A stretch of 64,000 nt of DNA, taken from positions 17,736-81,735 of the forward strand of contig CAZWON010000005.1 in the NCBI GenBank assembly GCA_964635565.1, given 5' to 3'. Position 1 is the stretch's first letter, and every line of letters begins with the position of its first letter. This document shows positions 44,516 through 54,472 of the stretch, piece after piece. The notes beneath the pieces are model-generated. The model was not told the DNA's origin, did no database searches, and was given only the letters and a program-made list of their open reading frames with translations. A program made the translations under genes and the position numbers. This DNA comes from an uncultured Planctomycetia bacterium. GTDB taxonomy: Bacteria; Omnitrophota; Gorgyraeia; Duberdicusellales; 4484-171.

Positions 44516-45549
44516 AAACTTGCTCCTAAAAGTACTGCCATAAATTCCTTATATTTCTTTATCTCCTCATCTACATTGTAATCAGAAATATATACAAAAG
44601 GATTCCACAGTTCTATGTTCATTCCTAAGGAATTTTCTATAACTTTGTTAAGACCTTTTATTTTCGATAATCCTCCTGTAAGCAAAATTTTCTGAATGCG
44701 TTTTCCCCAATTAACTTCAAAATAATCCAGGGAATTTTTTATCTCTTCCGCTAATTCCAATCCTACTTCTTCTATAATCTCTATCATCTCCTGAACTTCA
44801 GTTGTCTCACGTGCCTCATCAAGGGTAACAATAATTTGCTCTGCTTCTTCTTCACTTATATTTTTAAGCTTGACTAACTTTTTAGAAAATTCTCCTGCTG
44901 AAATTCTTATTTCTCTACTTAATACAGGCATACCTTCCTTGAATAAATTAAGGAGGGTAGAATTTGCCCCAATGTCTATTGTCGCTATATTAGATTCTCT
45001 ATCTTTAATATTAATATACAGGTTCAATAAGGCAATGTTATTTAAAGTAATTTCTCCAATATTAATTTTTTCTTGCTTAAACTCTGCAATCAACTTATCG
45101 ACAAATGCTTTTTTAACAATGGCAACGAGTATCAGAAACTCCTCCGGGGAATAATTTTCATCAAGCACAAAAATATCAAAATATACCTCCTCTCTCTTAA
45201 AAGGAATATACTTAGATATTTCGTAACTAAATACCTCTTTGAGATTCTTCTTGTCTACCTTAGGAAAAGCAATATATCTTATTAATGTATCACTGCCCTT
45301 AAGAGATAATTTTACTTTTTTTGTAGAAAGGCCTTCCTTATGTAACCATTCACTAAAAGTTGCTACAGGTAAGCCTTTATTTTTCTTTATAAAATATTTC
45401 TCAATTGTATTATTATATAAATACATAGCTTTTATATAGCGAAAACCTAAATCAAGAAATACTCTTTCCTCTTCCTCCTTCTTAAACAAGAAATCAAAAA
45501 AAGAAAGGATATTAAGATTACTCTTAAAAGTAGGAATTTTTTTAAACAT
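44512..45549 (-). CDS. pilM: PilM, actin-like ATPase-fold pilus assembly protein
   Basis: 345 aa; FLDLGFRYIKAMYL (phosphate-1-like), ATIDIGANSTLLNLF (phosphate-2-like), LTGGLSKIKGL (adenosine motif). Confidence 0.75.
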   Translation of the reverse strand: MFKKIPTFKSNLNILSFFDFLFKKEEEERVFLDLGFRYIKAMYLYNNTIEKYFIKKNKGLPVATFSEWLHKEGLSTKKVKLSLKGSDTLIRYIAFPKVDKKNLKEVFSYEISKYIPFKREEVYFDIFVLDENYSPEEFLILVAIVKKAFVDKLIAEFKQEKINIGEITLNNIALLNLYINIKDRESNIATIDIGANSTLLNLFKEGMPVLSREIRISAGEFSKKLVKLKNISEEEAEQIIVTLDEARETTEVQEMIEIIEEVGLELAEEIKNSLDYFEVNWGKRIQKILLTGGLSKIKGLNKVIENSLGMNIELWNPFVYISDYNVDEEIKKYKEFMAVLLGASL

Positions 45550-45738
45550 ATAAATATGTTAAGATCTCTTTTTTAATATCTCTGTAATAAAAACAGACTC
45601 CTTCCTTATAAAATACTTAAACTGACAGTTTTATCTTACAATAGAGAAAAATAAATGTCAAATTAAACCATAGCTGAGGTTTTTTAAAATGAAGCTTTAG
45701 TAATTTTATAGAAGGGTAAAATTAGAAAAAATTTATAA

Positions 45739-46857
45739 TTACAATTTGTATGGTTTCTGTAAATCTTCCCAGGAATATATATACACACCAGGATCAATAT
45801 TCAAAGACTCTATCGCATCCATATACTGTCGATTATACTCAATGCTAGCACTTCCGTTTAGTCTTACTTTCTTACCTGCCCAGACTCCACCGTTAACATT
45901 CAAATTACCTCCTCCACCATTTATTCTGAATTCACCTAATGTATAAACTACCCCCTCTATTGTCCCGCTACCATCAATCACTATATCATCAACCTCATCA
46001 GGATCCGTAATAACATCGCCAACAACAACGAAAAATCCTCCGACATTGCCAATATTACCATTTAACTGCAAATCACTTTCTACATATACAACATTAGGAA
46101 CCCATTCATCTGACTCATCTATTAAATCGTCGTTATCATTGTCTATACCGTCATCCGCACGGGTATACCAAAAAGAAGAAGGAAAACTAACCTCTCCTTT
46201 CTTCACTTTTTTAAGACGGTCTGTATTGTATACATTACCCTGGCTAGAACTTATATCATAAAGTTGTTGAAAATCAAAACGCGCAAGAGGACTTGCTGTC
46301 TCGCTATAAGTAGTAGTTCCTATTATATTCTCAGGATGCTCTACATCAAAATCTCCCGCATATATTATCGCAGGGTTAGAACTACTTGAGTCCTCCGCAA
46401 CTACACTATAAGAAGAACCATTAAAATCAATATTTCCTGCACAATATAAGGGTTGGTTATAAAAATTTGAAGGGATATATTTTTTTACCCAGGCCTTAAT
46501 CTGGTGCTGAATAGAAACTCCACCCAAAGATACTGAACCTGTGGAAACAACTTCTCTTGTATTAGCATCTTGAAAAGTAATGCTCACAGAGCAAGTTCCT
46601 TCTCCAGAAAATGTAGGAGAACCGTTTTTTACGAAATAATCAAAATTATTTTGTAATTTATTTAATGCCCAGTTTATACCTGCTTCTGCTAACCAAAAGG
46701 CTCGTGTTGAACTTGTAAAACGACGGGTAAAATTACTCTCAGAAGCTCCCCGTGTTAAAACTAATACACTCAAAACTCCAAGTGCTACCAATATTAAAAT
46801 ACTGAGCACAAAAACAATCCCTTTTCTCTTTTTACTTTCTCTTTCTTGATGGCTCAT
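45739..46857 (-). CDS. large PilX_N-type minor pilin / pilus tip-associated protein
   Basis: 372 aa; N-terminal hydrophobic helix followed by SESNFTRRFTSSTRAFWLAEAGINWAL (PilX N-terminal family pattern); C-terminus ..YIYSWEDLQKPYKL is shared with the neighbouring paralog. Confidence 0.55.
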   Translation of the reverse strand: MSHQERESKKRKGIVFVLSILILVALGVLSVLVLTRGASESNFTRRFTSSTRAFWLAEAGINWALNKLQNNFDYFVKNGSPTFSGEGTCSVSITFQDANTREVVSTGSVSLGGVSIQHQIKAWVKKYIPSNFYNQPLYCAGNIDFNGSSYSVVAEDSSSSNPAIIYAGDFDVEHPENIIGTTTYSETASPLARFDFQQLYDISSSQGNVYNTDRLKKVKKGEVSFPSSFWYTRADDGIDNDNDDLIDESDEWVPNVVYVESDLQLNGNIGNVGGFFVVVGDVITDPDEVDDIVIDGSGTIEGVVYTLGEFRINGGGGNLNVNGGVWAGKKVRLNGSASIEYNRQYMDAIESLNIDPGVYIYSWEDLQKPYKL

Positions 46858-46866
46858 ATTTACAAT

Positions 46867-48093
46867 TTATAACTTATAAGGATTATCCTCGTCATTCCAT
46901 GTTTCTACAGAATACCCTGAGGAGCCTGGTCCAGATACACTGGCTAATGCTTCATCATAATGAACATCGCCATTACCGCTTAAAATTATATTATCAGCTA
47001 CTATTGAACCAAATATATCTCCGTTTCCCGTAACTTTAACTTCTGTATCAGGAGCATAAATAACACCGTATAAATCACCATTTCCTGTAATCTTCACGCC
47101 ATTATTTGACCCTGTATAAGTACTGTAAATCATAAAATTTTTGGGTAAATTAGAATTATTAACTACTCCATTACCTCCAATATCACACTGTCCATCTGTA
47201 TATATCTTAACCGCTCCAATAACTTTCACTTTGCCATTACCCGATATAGAAAATGACGAAGACCCCATAAGATAAAGATTCATTGGCCCCTGCAAGATAA
47301 GCTCACCATTTCCTGATACACTAATAGAAGAAAATTTATAATTTCCTGAAGATATAGTTACATTATCATTACCATCTACGTTGTAACTTCCTCCGCTAGG
47401 AAGACTTTTTAAACTAGAGGGTACTGTAACCGAAGGAATCTCTTCGTTACAGGTATCACTTATTGACTCGGTTACTTCAGCATTGCCACTTATTTTTACT
47501 GTCCCCCCCGGGCCTGTTAAAGCATCGCCTTTTACTGTAGCATTACCACTTAAAGATATAGCACCTGCAGTAATACCATTTGTACCCACATCTCCATTTG
47601 AACCCTTATTTGACCCTCCATAGGGCCCTTGAGCAGAATCATAACTATCGGTCTTACCATTACCACTCATTGTCAAAGAACTTTTACTTAATCCTGCATA
47701 AGTAAAAGGATGGGTTGTTTTTGGGACAAGATTTACTTTGATGTTGCGGTCAGAACCGGTTATACCGCTTACGTATCCTTTTGAATAAACAACAGGATTA
47801 CTACCTCCTAGGTCTACCTCTACTGTACAGGTGGCTGTATTTAAGCTAAAGGTTATATCAGGACGACCATCGTTATCATCATCGCCCCAAGAAGTTAAAT
47901 TAGAATCACTAGCTAAATCTTTTATCGCTCTCTGAACACCTGCTTCTGAACCCCAGAAAGCTTTTGTCGAAGCTACATATCGACGTGCAAGATTACTCTC
48001 CGAGACGCTCCGGGAAAGTATAGGAACACTTATAGAAACAAACGCTATAAGAACGCTTATGCTTAATATCAAAGCTATTGCCTTTCTACTCAT
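46867..48093 (-). CDS. large PilX_N-type minor pilin with Gly-Asn-Gly β-helix-like repeats
   Basis: 408 aa; N-terminus MSRKAIALILSISVLIAFVSISV..SESNLARRYVASTKAFWGSEAGVQRA; at least 7 (S/T)GNG(D/K/E) repeats about 20 aa apart; C-terminus ..TWNDEDNPYKL. Confidence 0.55.
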   Translation of the reverse strand: MSRKAIALILSISVLIAFVSISVPILSRSVSESNLARRYVASTKAFWGSEAGVQRAIKDLASDSNLTSWGDDDNDGRPDITFSLNTATCTVEVDLGGSNPVVYSKGYVSGITGSDRNIKVNLVPKTTHPFTYAGLSKSSLTMSGNGKTDSYDSAQGPYGGSNKGSNGDVGTNGITAGAISLSGNATVKGDALTGPGGTVKISGNAEVTESISDTCNEEIPSVTVPSSLKSLPSGGSYNVDGNDNVTISSGNYKFSSISVSGNGELILQGPMNLYLMGSSSFSISGNGKVKVIGAVKIYTDGQCDIGGNGVVNNSNLPKNFMIYSTYTGSNNGVKITGNGDLYGVIYAPDTEVKVTGNGDIFGSIVADNIILSGNGDVHYDEALASVSGPGSSGYSVETWNDEDNPYKL

Positions 48094-48589
48094 TTCTCAA
48101 CCTCACTTTCTGTGTTAAAGCAAATTGTAAAGATCTACCCCGTGCAGTCTTTACAGCGGTGAGGCTAATAGTAACTTCATTAGAAGATTTATCGAAAGAT
48201 AAAGAGCTGATATCTTTTGCTAAAATTTTGGTGGTACCCGCAGGATGTTCACGGATAATCTGGCTGTTACTTAAATAATAACTAATATTCTCAGAAACAT
48301 TGGGAATAGTAAAAGAAATAGTTGAACCCCCATCAGGATCAGATATGGTCTCTGCTTGCCTTAGCTCTCTACTCATTCCATCTATTGCTAATCTAACCTC
48401 CTGCTGGATACCCATCAGACTCATTTCCGTACGCCACGTCATATCCCCTACACTTAAAACTCCATAAATACTTACCGCAATAAACCCTAAGAGAGCTACA
48501 CTTAAAATAACCTCAATAAAAGTAAACCCTCCCCTAAATAAATTGCCTCTCTCTGGATTAGTAAAATGTCTAAAGCTTTGTTTACCCAT
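48086..48589 (-). CDS. type IV minor pilin (PilW/GspJ-like)
   Basis: 167 aa; class III signal RGG|FTFIEVILSVALLGFIA with Glu+5; 20-aa leader. Confidence 0.7.
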   Translation of the reverse strand: MGKQSFRHFTNPERGNLFRGGFTFIEVILSVALLGFIAVSIYGVLSVGDMTWRTEMSLMGIQQEVRLAIDGMSRELRQAETISDPDGGSTISFTIPNVSENISYYLSNSQIIREHPAGTTKILAKDISSLSFDKSSNEVTISLTAVKTARGRSLQFALTQKVRLRNE

Positions 48590-48634
48590 AATCCTTATTT
48601 ATCGCTTTTTATTAAGACTTTCTCATACAGCTCT

Positions 48635-49072
48635 TTAAGGTTGTGCTATTAAAGTCTCCAAAGAGACCCCTGGTGTATGATGTCTGCCACTGCGGTCATC
48701 CCAGCTTACATTTACGGTAATATCCAGAAGGTCTGTGCCACTGACTGAAGTATCGATACTCTCATTCCTTAAAGGTGTTAAACCATTCGATGTAATATCT
48801 GTACTATCCCAATCCCAATATCCACTTTCGATATTAGCCTTAATACTACTAAAGGTGGTATTTTTTATATCTTCCATTACATACTGAGCGTGCATTGTAG
48901 CCCGGGTAAGATTTCTACTTGCTTCACCTAATAGACTACAACTTAAGAATTCAAGCAAAAGAATAGAAAGAGCAACCGCTAATATAACTGCGGCAAGAAG
49001 AAGCTCCAGTAATGTAAAACTTTTTCTTCTGTAAGTATTTAACTTTCTCATATAATAAATATATCCACGCAC
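48635..49072 (-). CDS. type IV minor pilin (PilV/GspI-like)
   Basis: 145 aa; RRKS|FTLLELLLAAVILAV with Glu+5, but Ser instead of Gly at -1; the real start is probably the internal Met (MRKLNTY..). Confidence 0.65.
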   Translation of the reverse strand: MRGYIYYMRKLNTYRRKSFTLLELLLAAVILAVALSILLLEFLSCSLLGEASRNLTRATMHAQYVMEDIKNTTFSSIKANIESGYWDWDSTDITSNGLTPLRNESIDTSVSGTDLLDITVNVSWDDRSGRHHTPGVSLETLIAQP

Positions 49073-49099
49073 AAAATAAATTAAAGAAAAATCAAAAGT

Positions 49100-49492
49100 T
49101 TAACACCCTGAATCGCTTAATACACCTCCTGTAATAATAGTAAAGGTCTTAGAACCTGTTACTCCACAAGAAGAAGGAGAAGCAGTAATTGTATAGTTAC
49201 TCGTATTTAAATCACAACTATACGAATACCCCTGTATAGTTCTGTTACAGAAAGACTGATGCAAATAAGGAGGAGATGCGTTTGTAAGAGCAGACTCATC
49301 TGTAGGATAATTCCCATTATTTGATGTAGCGTAGGTTTCAAGAGCAGCAGCAATAGTCTGGATGTTAGCTTTAGCAGCACTATCATTGGCAGTTATCTGA
49401 GTTTTGGACATCCTCGGTAGAGCCATAATTGCTAAAATACCAATTATAACAATCACCATTATAAGCTCTATCAAATTGAAGCTTTTTTTCAT
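49100..49492 (-). CDS. type IVa pilin (candidate major pilin)
   Basis: 130 aa; MKKS|FNLIELIMVIVIIGILA (short leader, Glu+5, Ser at -1), C-terminal Cys pairs (disulfide D-region); first pilin gene after pilC. Confidence 0.75.
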   Translation of the reverse strand: MKKSFNLIELIMVIVIIGILAIMALPRMSKTQITANDSAAKANIQTIAAALETYATSNNGNYPTDESALTNASPPYLHQSFCNRTIQGYSYSCDLNTSNYTITASPSSCGVTGSKTFTIITGGVLSDSGC

Positions 49493-49597
49493 AATTTATC
49501 TCCCAATTTATAGATAACACACCTATACTATAATGTCAATATTATCTAAGAGATTATAAATTTTTAAATTTATTATAAGAATCAAAGGTAAGATTTC

Positions 49598-50809
49598 TTA
49601 GGTCGCATGCATAATAACCTGAGAAATATTAAAAATAGGTAAATATAAGGCAACGACAATAAAACCCACAACAATTCCTAAGAAAACTATTAAGAGAGGC
49701 TCTAAGATACTGGTAAAAGCAGCAATGGCTGTCTCTGCCTGCTCTTCATAAAACTGAGCAATTTTACTTAACATATGCTCTAATTTACCTGTTTTTTCCC
49801 CTACCGCAATCATCTTTACAACCATAGGAGGAAATACCCCGCTTTCTTCCAGAGGATAAGATAAAGGAATGCCCTCCTGAATAGACCCTTTAGCCTTTAC
49901 AACTGCTTCTTCAATTATCTTATTACCGCTTGTCTTACCAACTATCTCAAGAGACCGTACTATTGCTACACCGCTTCTTATCAATGTAGCGAATGTTCGG
50001 GCAAACTGGGCAATACTAACTTTTTTTACTACCTCTCCTATAATAGGCATTTTAATAAGAAACATATCGTATTGTTTTCTCCCTTTAGGGGTAGAAATAT
50101 ATTTTTTAAACACAAAGATTGCACCAGTTAAAATGGCTATTACAAGAACAATGTTATTTTTAACCCCCTGGGAAAAACCAACTAAAAGCTGGGTAATAAA
50201 GGGAAGCTGTGCCCCCAAGGATTTATATAATTCAGCAAAGGTGGGGACTATTTTAAAAACCAGAAAACTTGTACCTAAAAGTGCCATAGTAAAAATAATT
50301 GCAGGATAAATCATACTCGATATAACCTTCTTTCGTAAGGCACTTACTTTCTCAAGATACACTGAAAGTCTATCTAAAATCTGGGGAAGACTTCCTGAAG
50401 TCTCTGCTGCTTCTACCATACTTACATAAATTTCAGGGAAAATAGAGGGATATTTAGTTATGGCTCTAGCAAAAGAAGAGCCTTCTTTTAAATCTTTTAA
50501 GATAAGTGTTATTACTCCCTTAAAGTATAAATTCTGTGTCTGTTCCGCTAAAATTTCTAATGCTCCTACAATGGGGATACCGCTTTCAATCAGGGTGGTA
50601 AGCTGACGAGAAAATATTACCAACTCATCTATTTTAACTTTCCCTTTCTTAACGGATTTCTTTTTTCTCGTTTTGCTCTCCTTAAGAGAAAGTACCATCC
50701 CCCCTTGAGCATGAAGATACTCTAAAGCCTTCTCTTTACTATCAGCCTCAATCTGACCACTTACTATCTTATCTTCTTTATTCTTTAAGGTATAAGAGAA
50801 AATAGCCAT
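49598..50809 (-). CDS. pilC: type IV pilus platform protein PilC/GspF/MshG
   Basis: 403 aa; duplicated T2SSF domains with 3 TM segments; typical PilC length. Confidence 0.88.
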   Translation of the reverse strand: MAIFSYTLKNKEDKIVSGQIEADSKEKALEYLHAQGGMVLSLKESKTRKKKSVKKGKVKIDELVIFSRQLTTLIESGIPIVGALEILAEQTQNLYFKGVITLILKDLKEGSSFARAITKYPSIFPEIYVSMVEAAETSGSLPQILDRLSVYLEKVSALRKKVISSMIYPAIIFTMALLGTSFLVFKIVPTFAELYKSLGAQLPFITQLLVGFSQGVKNNIVLVIAILTGAIFVFKKYISTPKGRKQYDMFLIKMPIIGEVVKKVSIAQFARTFATLIRSGVAIVRSLEIVGKTSGNKIIEEAVVKAKGSIQEGIPLSYPLEESGVFPPMVVKMIAVGEKTGKLEHMLSKIAQFYEEQAETAIAAFTSILEPLLIVFLGIVVGFIVVALYLPIFNISQVIMHAT

Positions 50810-50821
50810 TTTTATTTATAA

Positions 50822-50859
50822 CACAGATTGACACAGACTAAAAACAGATTATCACAGAT
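50822..50859. repeat. ACACAGAT-box direct array (4 copies) adjacent to the MITE-like insertion
   Basis: CACAGAT at 50822, CACAGAC at 50832, AACAGAT at 50843 and CACAGAT at 50853; a single inverse ATCTGTG at 51003 lies on the far side of the 50865-50959 element. Confidence 0.7.
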
Positions 50860-50864
50860 AAAAT

Positions 50865-50959
50865 AGCTCATAGTTCATAGCTGATAGCTAAAAAACAAGA
50901 ATAATTTCTTATTATTGTTTTATTCTCCCGTCTTTACTATAAACCAAAAGCTATGAGCT
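50865..50959. repeat. MITE-like small element with perfect 9-bp TIRs AGCTCATAG...CTATGAGCT (long copy)
   Basis: 95 bp; TIRs at 50865-50873 and 50951-50959; internal AT-rich non-coding; related copy at 33892-33960; a further partial copy (AGCTAACAGCCATGAGCT) at 50981-50998. Confidence 0.6.
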
Positions 50960-51015
50960 TCTTTATATTGTATTTCTATAAGCTAACAGCCATGAGCTAA
51001 ATCATCTGTGTAGAA

Positions 51016-52707
51016 TCAGCCGGCAACCCTTAACACTTCCTCTATACTAGTTACACCATCAAGAACCTTTTTAAAGCCGTCATCCTTAAGAGAAGAAAAA
51101 ATATTTTTTTTGACTGCATATTTTACAATCTCATCTTCACTTGCCCTTTTAGTAACCATTTCTCTAATTGTATCATCAAACAATAAAATTTCCAATAAAG
51201 CAGTTCTGCCATGATAACCTGTATTGTTGCAGTAACTGCAGCCTTTAGGGCGGTATAATTCATTTACTTTTTTAGTAATCCCTAATCTCTTAAGAAGATT
51301 GTTGTCAATTTTATCTTTAACTTTACACTTAGGGCACAATTTTCTTACCAAACGTTGGGCAGTAGCAGCAATTAAAGAAGAAGCAACTAAGAATGGTTCA
51401 ATTCCCATATCAATAAGACGGGTAATTGCTCCTACAGAATTATTAGTATGAAGAGTAGAAAATATGAGCTCACCTGTTAAAGAGGCTTTAATAGCAATAT
51501 CTGCGGTTTCGGCGTCACGAATTTCTCCTACCATAATAATATCAGGAGACTGACGCAATACACTTCTTAAAGCTGAAGCAAAACTGAGCCCAATATCCGG
51601 ACGAGCTTGGATTTGTGTAATCCCTTCTATCTGATATTCTACGGGGTCTTCAATAGTAATAATGCTTCTGTCAGAAGTATTAAGTTGATTTATGATGGAA
51701 TAAAGTGTTGTAGACTTACCGCTTCCTGTTGGTCCGGTAACAAGAATTATTCCAAATGGCGCGCTTAATGCCTTTTCGAATAACTTAAGGGGTTTTTCAG
51801 AAAATCCCAATTTTTTAATACCTACAGAGAGACTTTCTCTGTCTAAAATTCGTAAAACTATTTTTTCTCCAAACTGGGTGGGCAAAGAGGAAACTCTAAA
51901 ATCAATATGGCGACCCTCAAACTTCACTTTAAATCTTCCATCTTGAGGGACTCTAAATTCAGTAATATTTAAGGAAGACATAATCTTAAGCCTTGCCAGT
52001 ATAGCACTTTCATTTTTCTTAGGAAGACTTATCCCATGCTGTAAAACACCATCTATTCTATAACGGACATCTAAACCTTTCTCTGTAGGTTCAATATGAA
52101 TATCAGATGCTCCTTTTCTTAATGCTTCGTATACAATTAAATCAACCACTCTTACTATTGGAGGAAGTTTGCTCTCCTTTATAAGACTTTCTAATCCCTT
52201 ACTTTCTTCTCTCCCTCTCTCCTCAACAGAAACTTCCTCCTCTTTATCCTTATCTAATAAGGAAACAATATCAGTTTCAATATAAAGCCTATTTAAATAC
52301 TTCATTATTTTATCTTCCCGGGCTAATACTAAATCAATTCTTTTAAAGGAAGTTGCTAATTTCAAATCATCCAAGGCAATTATATCCAGAGGGTTAGCGG
52401 TAGCAAGGGTAAGAACATTACCTATTTTAGAAATCGGGAGGATTTTATAACGAAAGGCTATCTCTTGAGGAAGAAGATTTTTATTATCTTTATTCAAACG
52501 GTATTTATCCAAATCCAAATAGGGCATTTGGTACTCTCGGGATAATATAAGAAGAATATCTTCGTCATTGGCAATATTATATTTTACTAAATTATTCTTA
52601 AACTCATTAAAACTCCTTGATTCTCTGGCAATATCACGAATAGTCTCCTCTTTTATTTTCTTATAATTAACAAGGTGCCTAATAAATCTTTCCTTTAATG
52701 ATTCCAT
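51016..52707 (-). CDS. PilB/GspE-family type IV pilus assembly ATPase (second paralog, N-terminal domain degenerate)
   Basis: 563 aa; Walker A GPTGSGKSTT, Asp box, Walker B IIMVGEIRD, His box, tetracysteine CPKC...CSYC; the N-terminal T2SSE_N-like region lacks the Gly/Gln positions of the MshEN motif. Confidence 0.88.
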   Translation of the reverse strand: MESLKERFIRHLVNYKKIKEETIRDIARESRSFNEFKNNLVKYNIANDEDILLILSREYQMPYLDLDKYRLNKDNKNLLPQEIAFRYKILPISKIGNVLTLATANPLDIIALDDLKLATSFKRIDLVLAREDKIMKYLNRLYIETDIVSLLDKDKEEEVSVEERGREESKGLESLIKESKLPPIVRVVDLIVYEALRKGASDIHIEPTEKGLDVRYRIDGVLQHGISLPKKNESAILARLKIMSSLNITEFRVPQDGRFKVKFEGRHIDFRVSSLPTQFGEKIVLRILDRESLSVGIKKLGFSEKPLKLFEKALSAPFGIILVTGPTGSGKSTTLYSIINQLNTSDRSIITIEDPVEYQIEGITQIQARPDIGLSFASALRSVLRQSPDIIMVGEIRDAETADIAIKASLTGELIFSTLHTNNSVGAITRLIDMGIEPFLVASSLIAATAQRLVRKLCPKCKVKDKIDNNLLKRLGITKKVNELYRPKGCSYCNNTGYHGRTALLEILLFDDTIREMVTKRASEDEIVKYAVKKNIFSSLKDDGFKKVLDGVTSIEEVLRVAG

Positions 52708-52727
52708 ATTTAATATTCTCTTAATCC

Positions 52728-54431
52728 CTAATCTTCGTCCTGAGCTGTTACTTTAAGAACTTCTTCTAAGCTTGTAATGCCCTTTTCTACTTTTAAAATA
52801 CCATCTTCCCGTAAAGTACGCATACCTTTGCTTCTGGCATACTGTTTAATAGTATGTTCGCCTGCTGATTCATAAACTAACTTTCTTATTTCCGGGTCTA
52901 AATGTAAATATTCTCCCAAAGCAACTCTCCCTTTATATCCCTGATTAAAACAAGAACGGCATCCTTTTGGTTTATAAATTACAGCTTCTTTTTTTATCTT
53001 ATATAATGTTCTTACCTCGCTATCCAATTTAATCTCTTCCTTACAGTGGGGACATAGCCTCCTTACTAATCGCTGTGCCACTACACCAATAAGAGTGGAA
53101 GATAATAAAAAAGGTTCTACTCCCATATTAATGAGACGGGTAACCGAACCCGAAGCGGTTGTAGTATGAAGAGTAGATAAAACCAAATGCCCTGTTAAAG
53201 CAGCCTTTATAGAAATATCTACAGTATCAAAATCACGAATTTCTCCTACCATAATAATATCAGGATCCTGCCTTAAAATAGAACGCAAAGCTGAAGCAAA
53301 AGTCAAATTAACTTCATAATTTACATTAACTTGATTTATGCCCTCAAGTTGATACTCTATAGGATCCTCTACTGTAATAATATTCTTCTTAGGGGTGTAT
53401 ATGTGTCTTAAAATAGAATAGAGAGTTGTAGTCTTCCCGCTTCCTGTGGGCCCACATACAAGAATCATCCCATAAGAAGAATCCGCATCTTGCTTTAATT
53501 TCTCTGTAAAATCCTCTTCAAAGCCCAATGCATCTAAGTCTAATAGTCCTGCGGACTTATCAAGAATTCTCAAAGCTACTTTTTCTCCCAAGGTAGAAGG
53601 GAGTATAGAAACTCTAAAATCTATATCATGTCCAATTATCTTCAATCTAAATCTCCCATCTTGAGGAAGACGATGCTCGGTGATATCTAACCCCGCAACT
53701 ACTTTTATTCGGGAAATAACAAAATTGTGCATCTTACCAGGAAACGAATCTGCTTCTCTTAAAACACCATCGATACGATATCTTACCCTAGAAGATTCAC
53801 CTAAAGGCTCGATTAAAATATCAGAAGCACGTTCCTCAACAGCTTTCCTTATAATGTAATTGGTAAGTTTAATAATAGGTGCTTCTTCAATGGAACGCAA
53901 AATTTCTTCATCTTTAACTTCGTGTTTTTCCTCTTTAATAATTTCTATAGATGCGGACTGGGAGTTTTTAATAATTTCTTCAATGGCGGTTGTAACTGAC
54001 TCTTTATAATAAATATCTATTGCTTTCTCTAATTCTGAACGAGAAGCAATAACAGGATTAATCTCACATCCTGTTAATCTTTCTAAATCATCAAAAATCA
54101 CAACATTAAGAGGGTCCGCTACTGCTACTGTAATAATATTACCTATTTTACCTACAGGAATTATCATATACTTCCTGGCTATCTCTTTAGGGACAAGCTT
54201 TATTATTTCAGGAGAAATTTTTAGATTTAGTACCTTTATGGGAGGTATAGAAAGATATGTAGAAAGGAAAATCATCAAATCCTTTTCTTTCACATATCCT
54301 AATTCTATGAGAATTTCACTTAATAAACCTCCTTTCTGGGAATGCGTTTTCCTAAGATCTTGCAGTTGCTCCTCATTTATCAATCCTTTTTCTACCAGAA
54401 GGTGGGCAAAATCTTTCCTCTTCTCTTCCAT
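52728..54431 (-). CDS. pilB: PilB/MshE-like type IV pilus extension ATPase with N-terminal T2SSE_N (MshEN-like) domain
   Basis: 567 aa; N-terminus FAHLLVEKGLINEEQLQDL..Q is MshEN-motif-like; Walker A GPTGSGKTTT, Walker B IIMVGEIRD, CPHC...CRSC zinc motif. Confidence 0.9.
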   Translation of the reverse strand: MEEKRKDFAHLLVEKGLINEEQLQDLRKTHSQKGGLLSEILIELGYVKEKDLMIFLSTYLSIPPIKVLNLKISPEIIKLVPKEIARKYMIIPVGKIGNIITVAVADPLNVVIFDDLERLTGCEINPVIASRSELEKAIDIYYKESVTTAIEEIIKNSQSASIEIIKEEKHEVKDEEILRSIEEAPIIKLTNYIIRKAVEERASDILIEPLGESSRVRYRIDGVLREADSFPGKMHNFVISRIKVVAGLDITEHRLPQDGRFRLKIIGHDIDFRVSILPSTLGEKVALRILDKSAGLLDLDALGFEEDFTEKLKQDADSSYGMILVCGPTGSGKTTTLYSILRHIYTPKKNIITVEDPIEYQLEGINQVNVNYEVNLTFASALRSILRQDPDIIMVGEIRDFDTVDISIKAALTGHLVLSTLHTTTASGSVTRLINMGVEPFLLSSTLIGVVAQRLVRRLCPHCKEEIKLDSEVRTLYKIKKEAVIYKPKGCRSCFNQGYKGRVALGEYLHLDPEIRKLVYESAGEHTIKQYARSKGMRTLREDGILKVEKGITSLEEVLKVTAQDED

Positions 54432-54472
54432 AATCTACTTTTACAGACTAAAAATCATTTAAAAAACTTACA

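Noticed and set aside
44870-45439. Three 66-94-aa plus-strand ORFs inside pilM
   Set aside because: Antisense to pilM; no RBS.
45746-46261. 66-aa and 71-aa plus-strand ORFs inside the PilX-like gene
   Set aside because: Antisense chance ORFs.
48078-48278. 66-aa plus-strand ORF overlapping the minor pilin
   Set aside because: Antisense.
54238-54462. 74-aa plus-strand ORF at the 5' end of pilB1
   Set aside because: Antisense to the conserved N-terminal domain of PilB.
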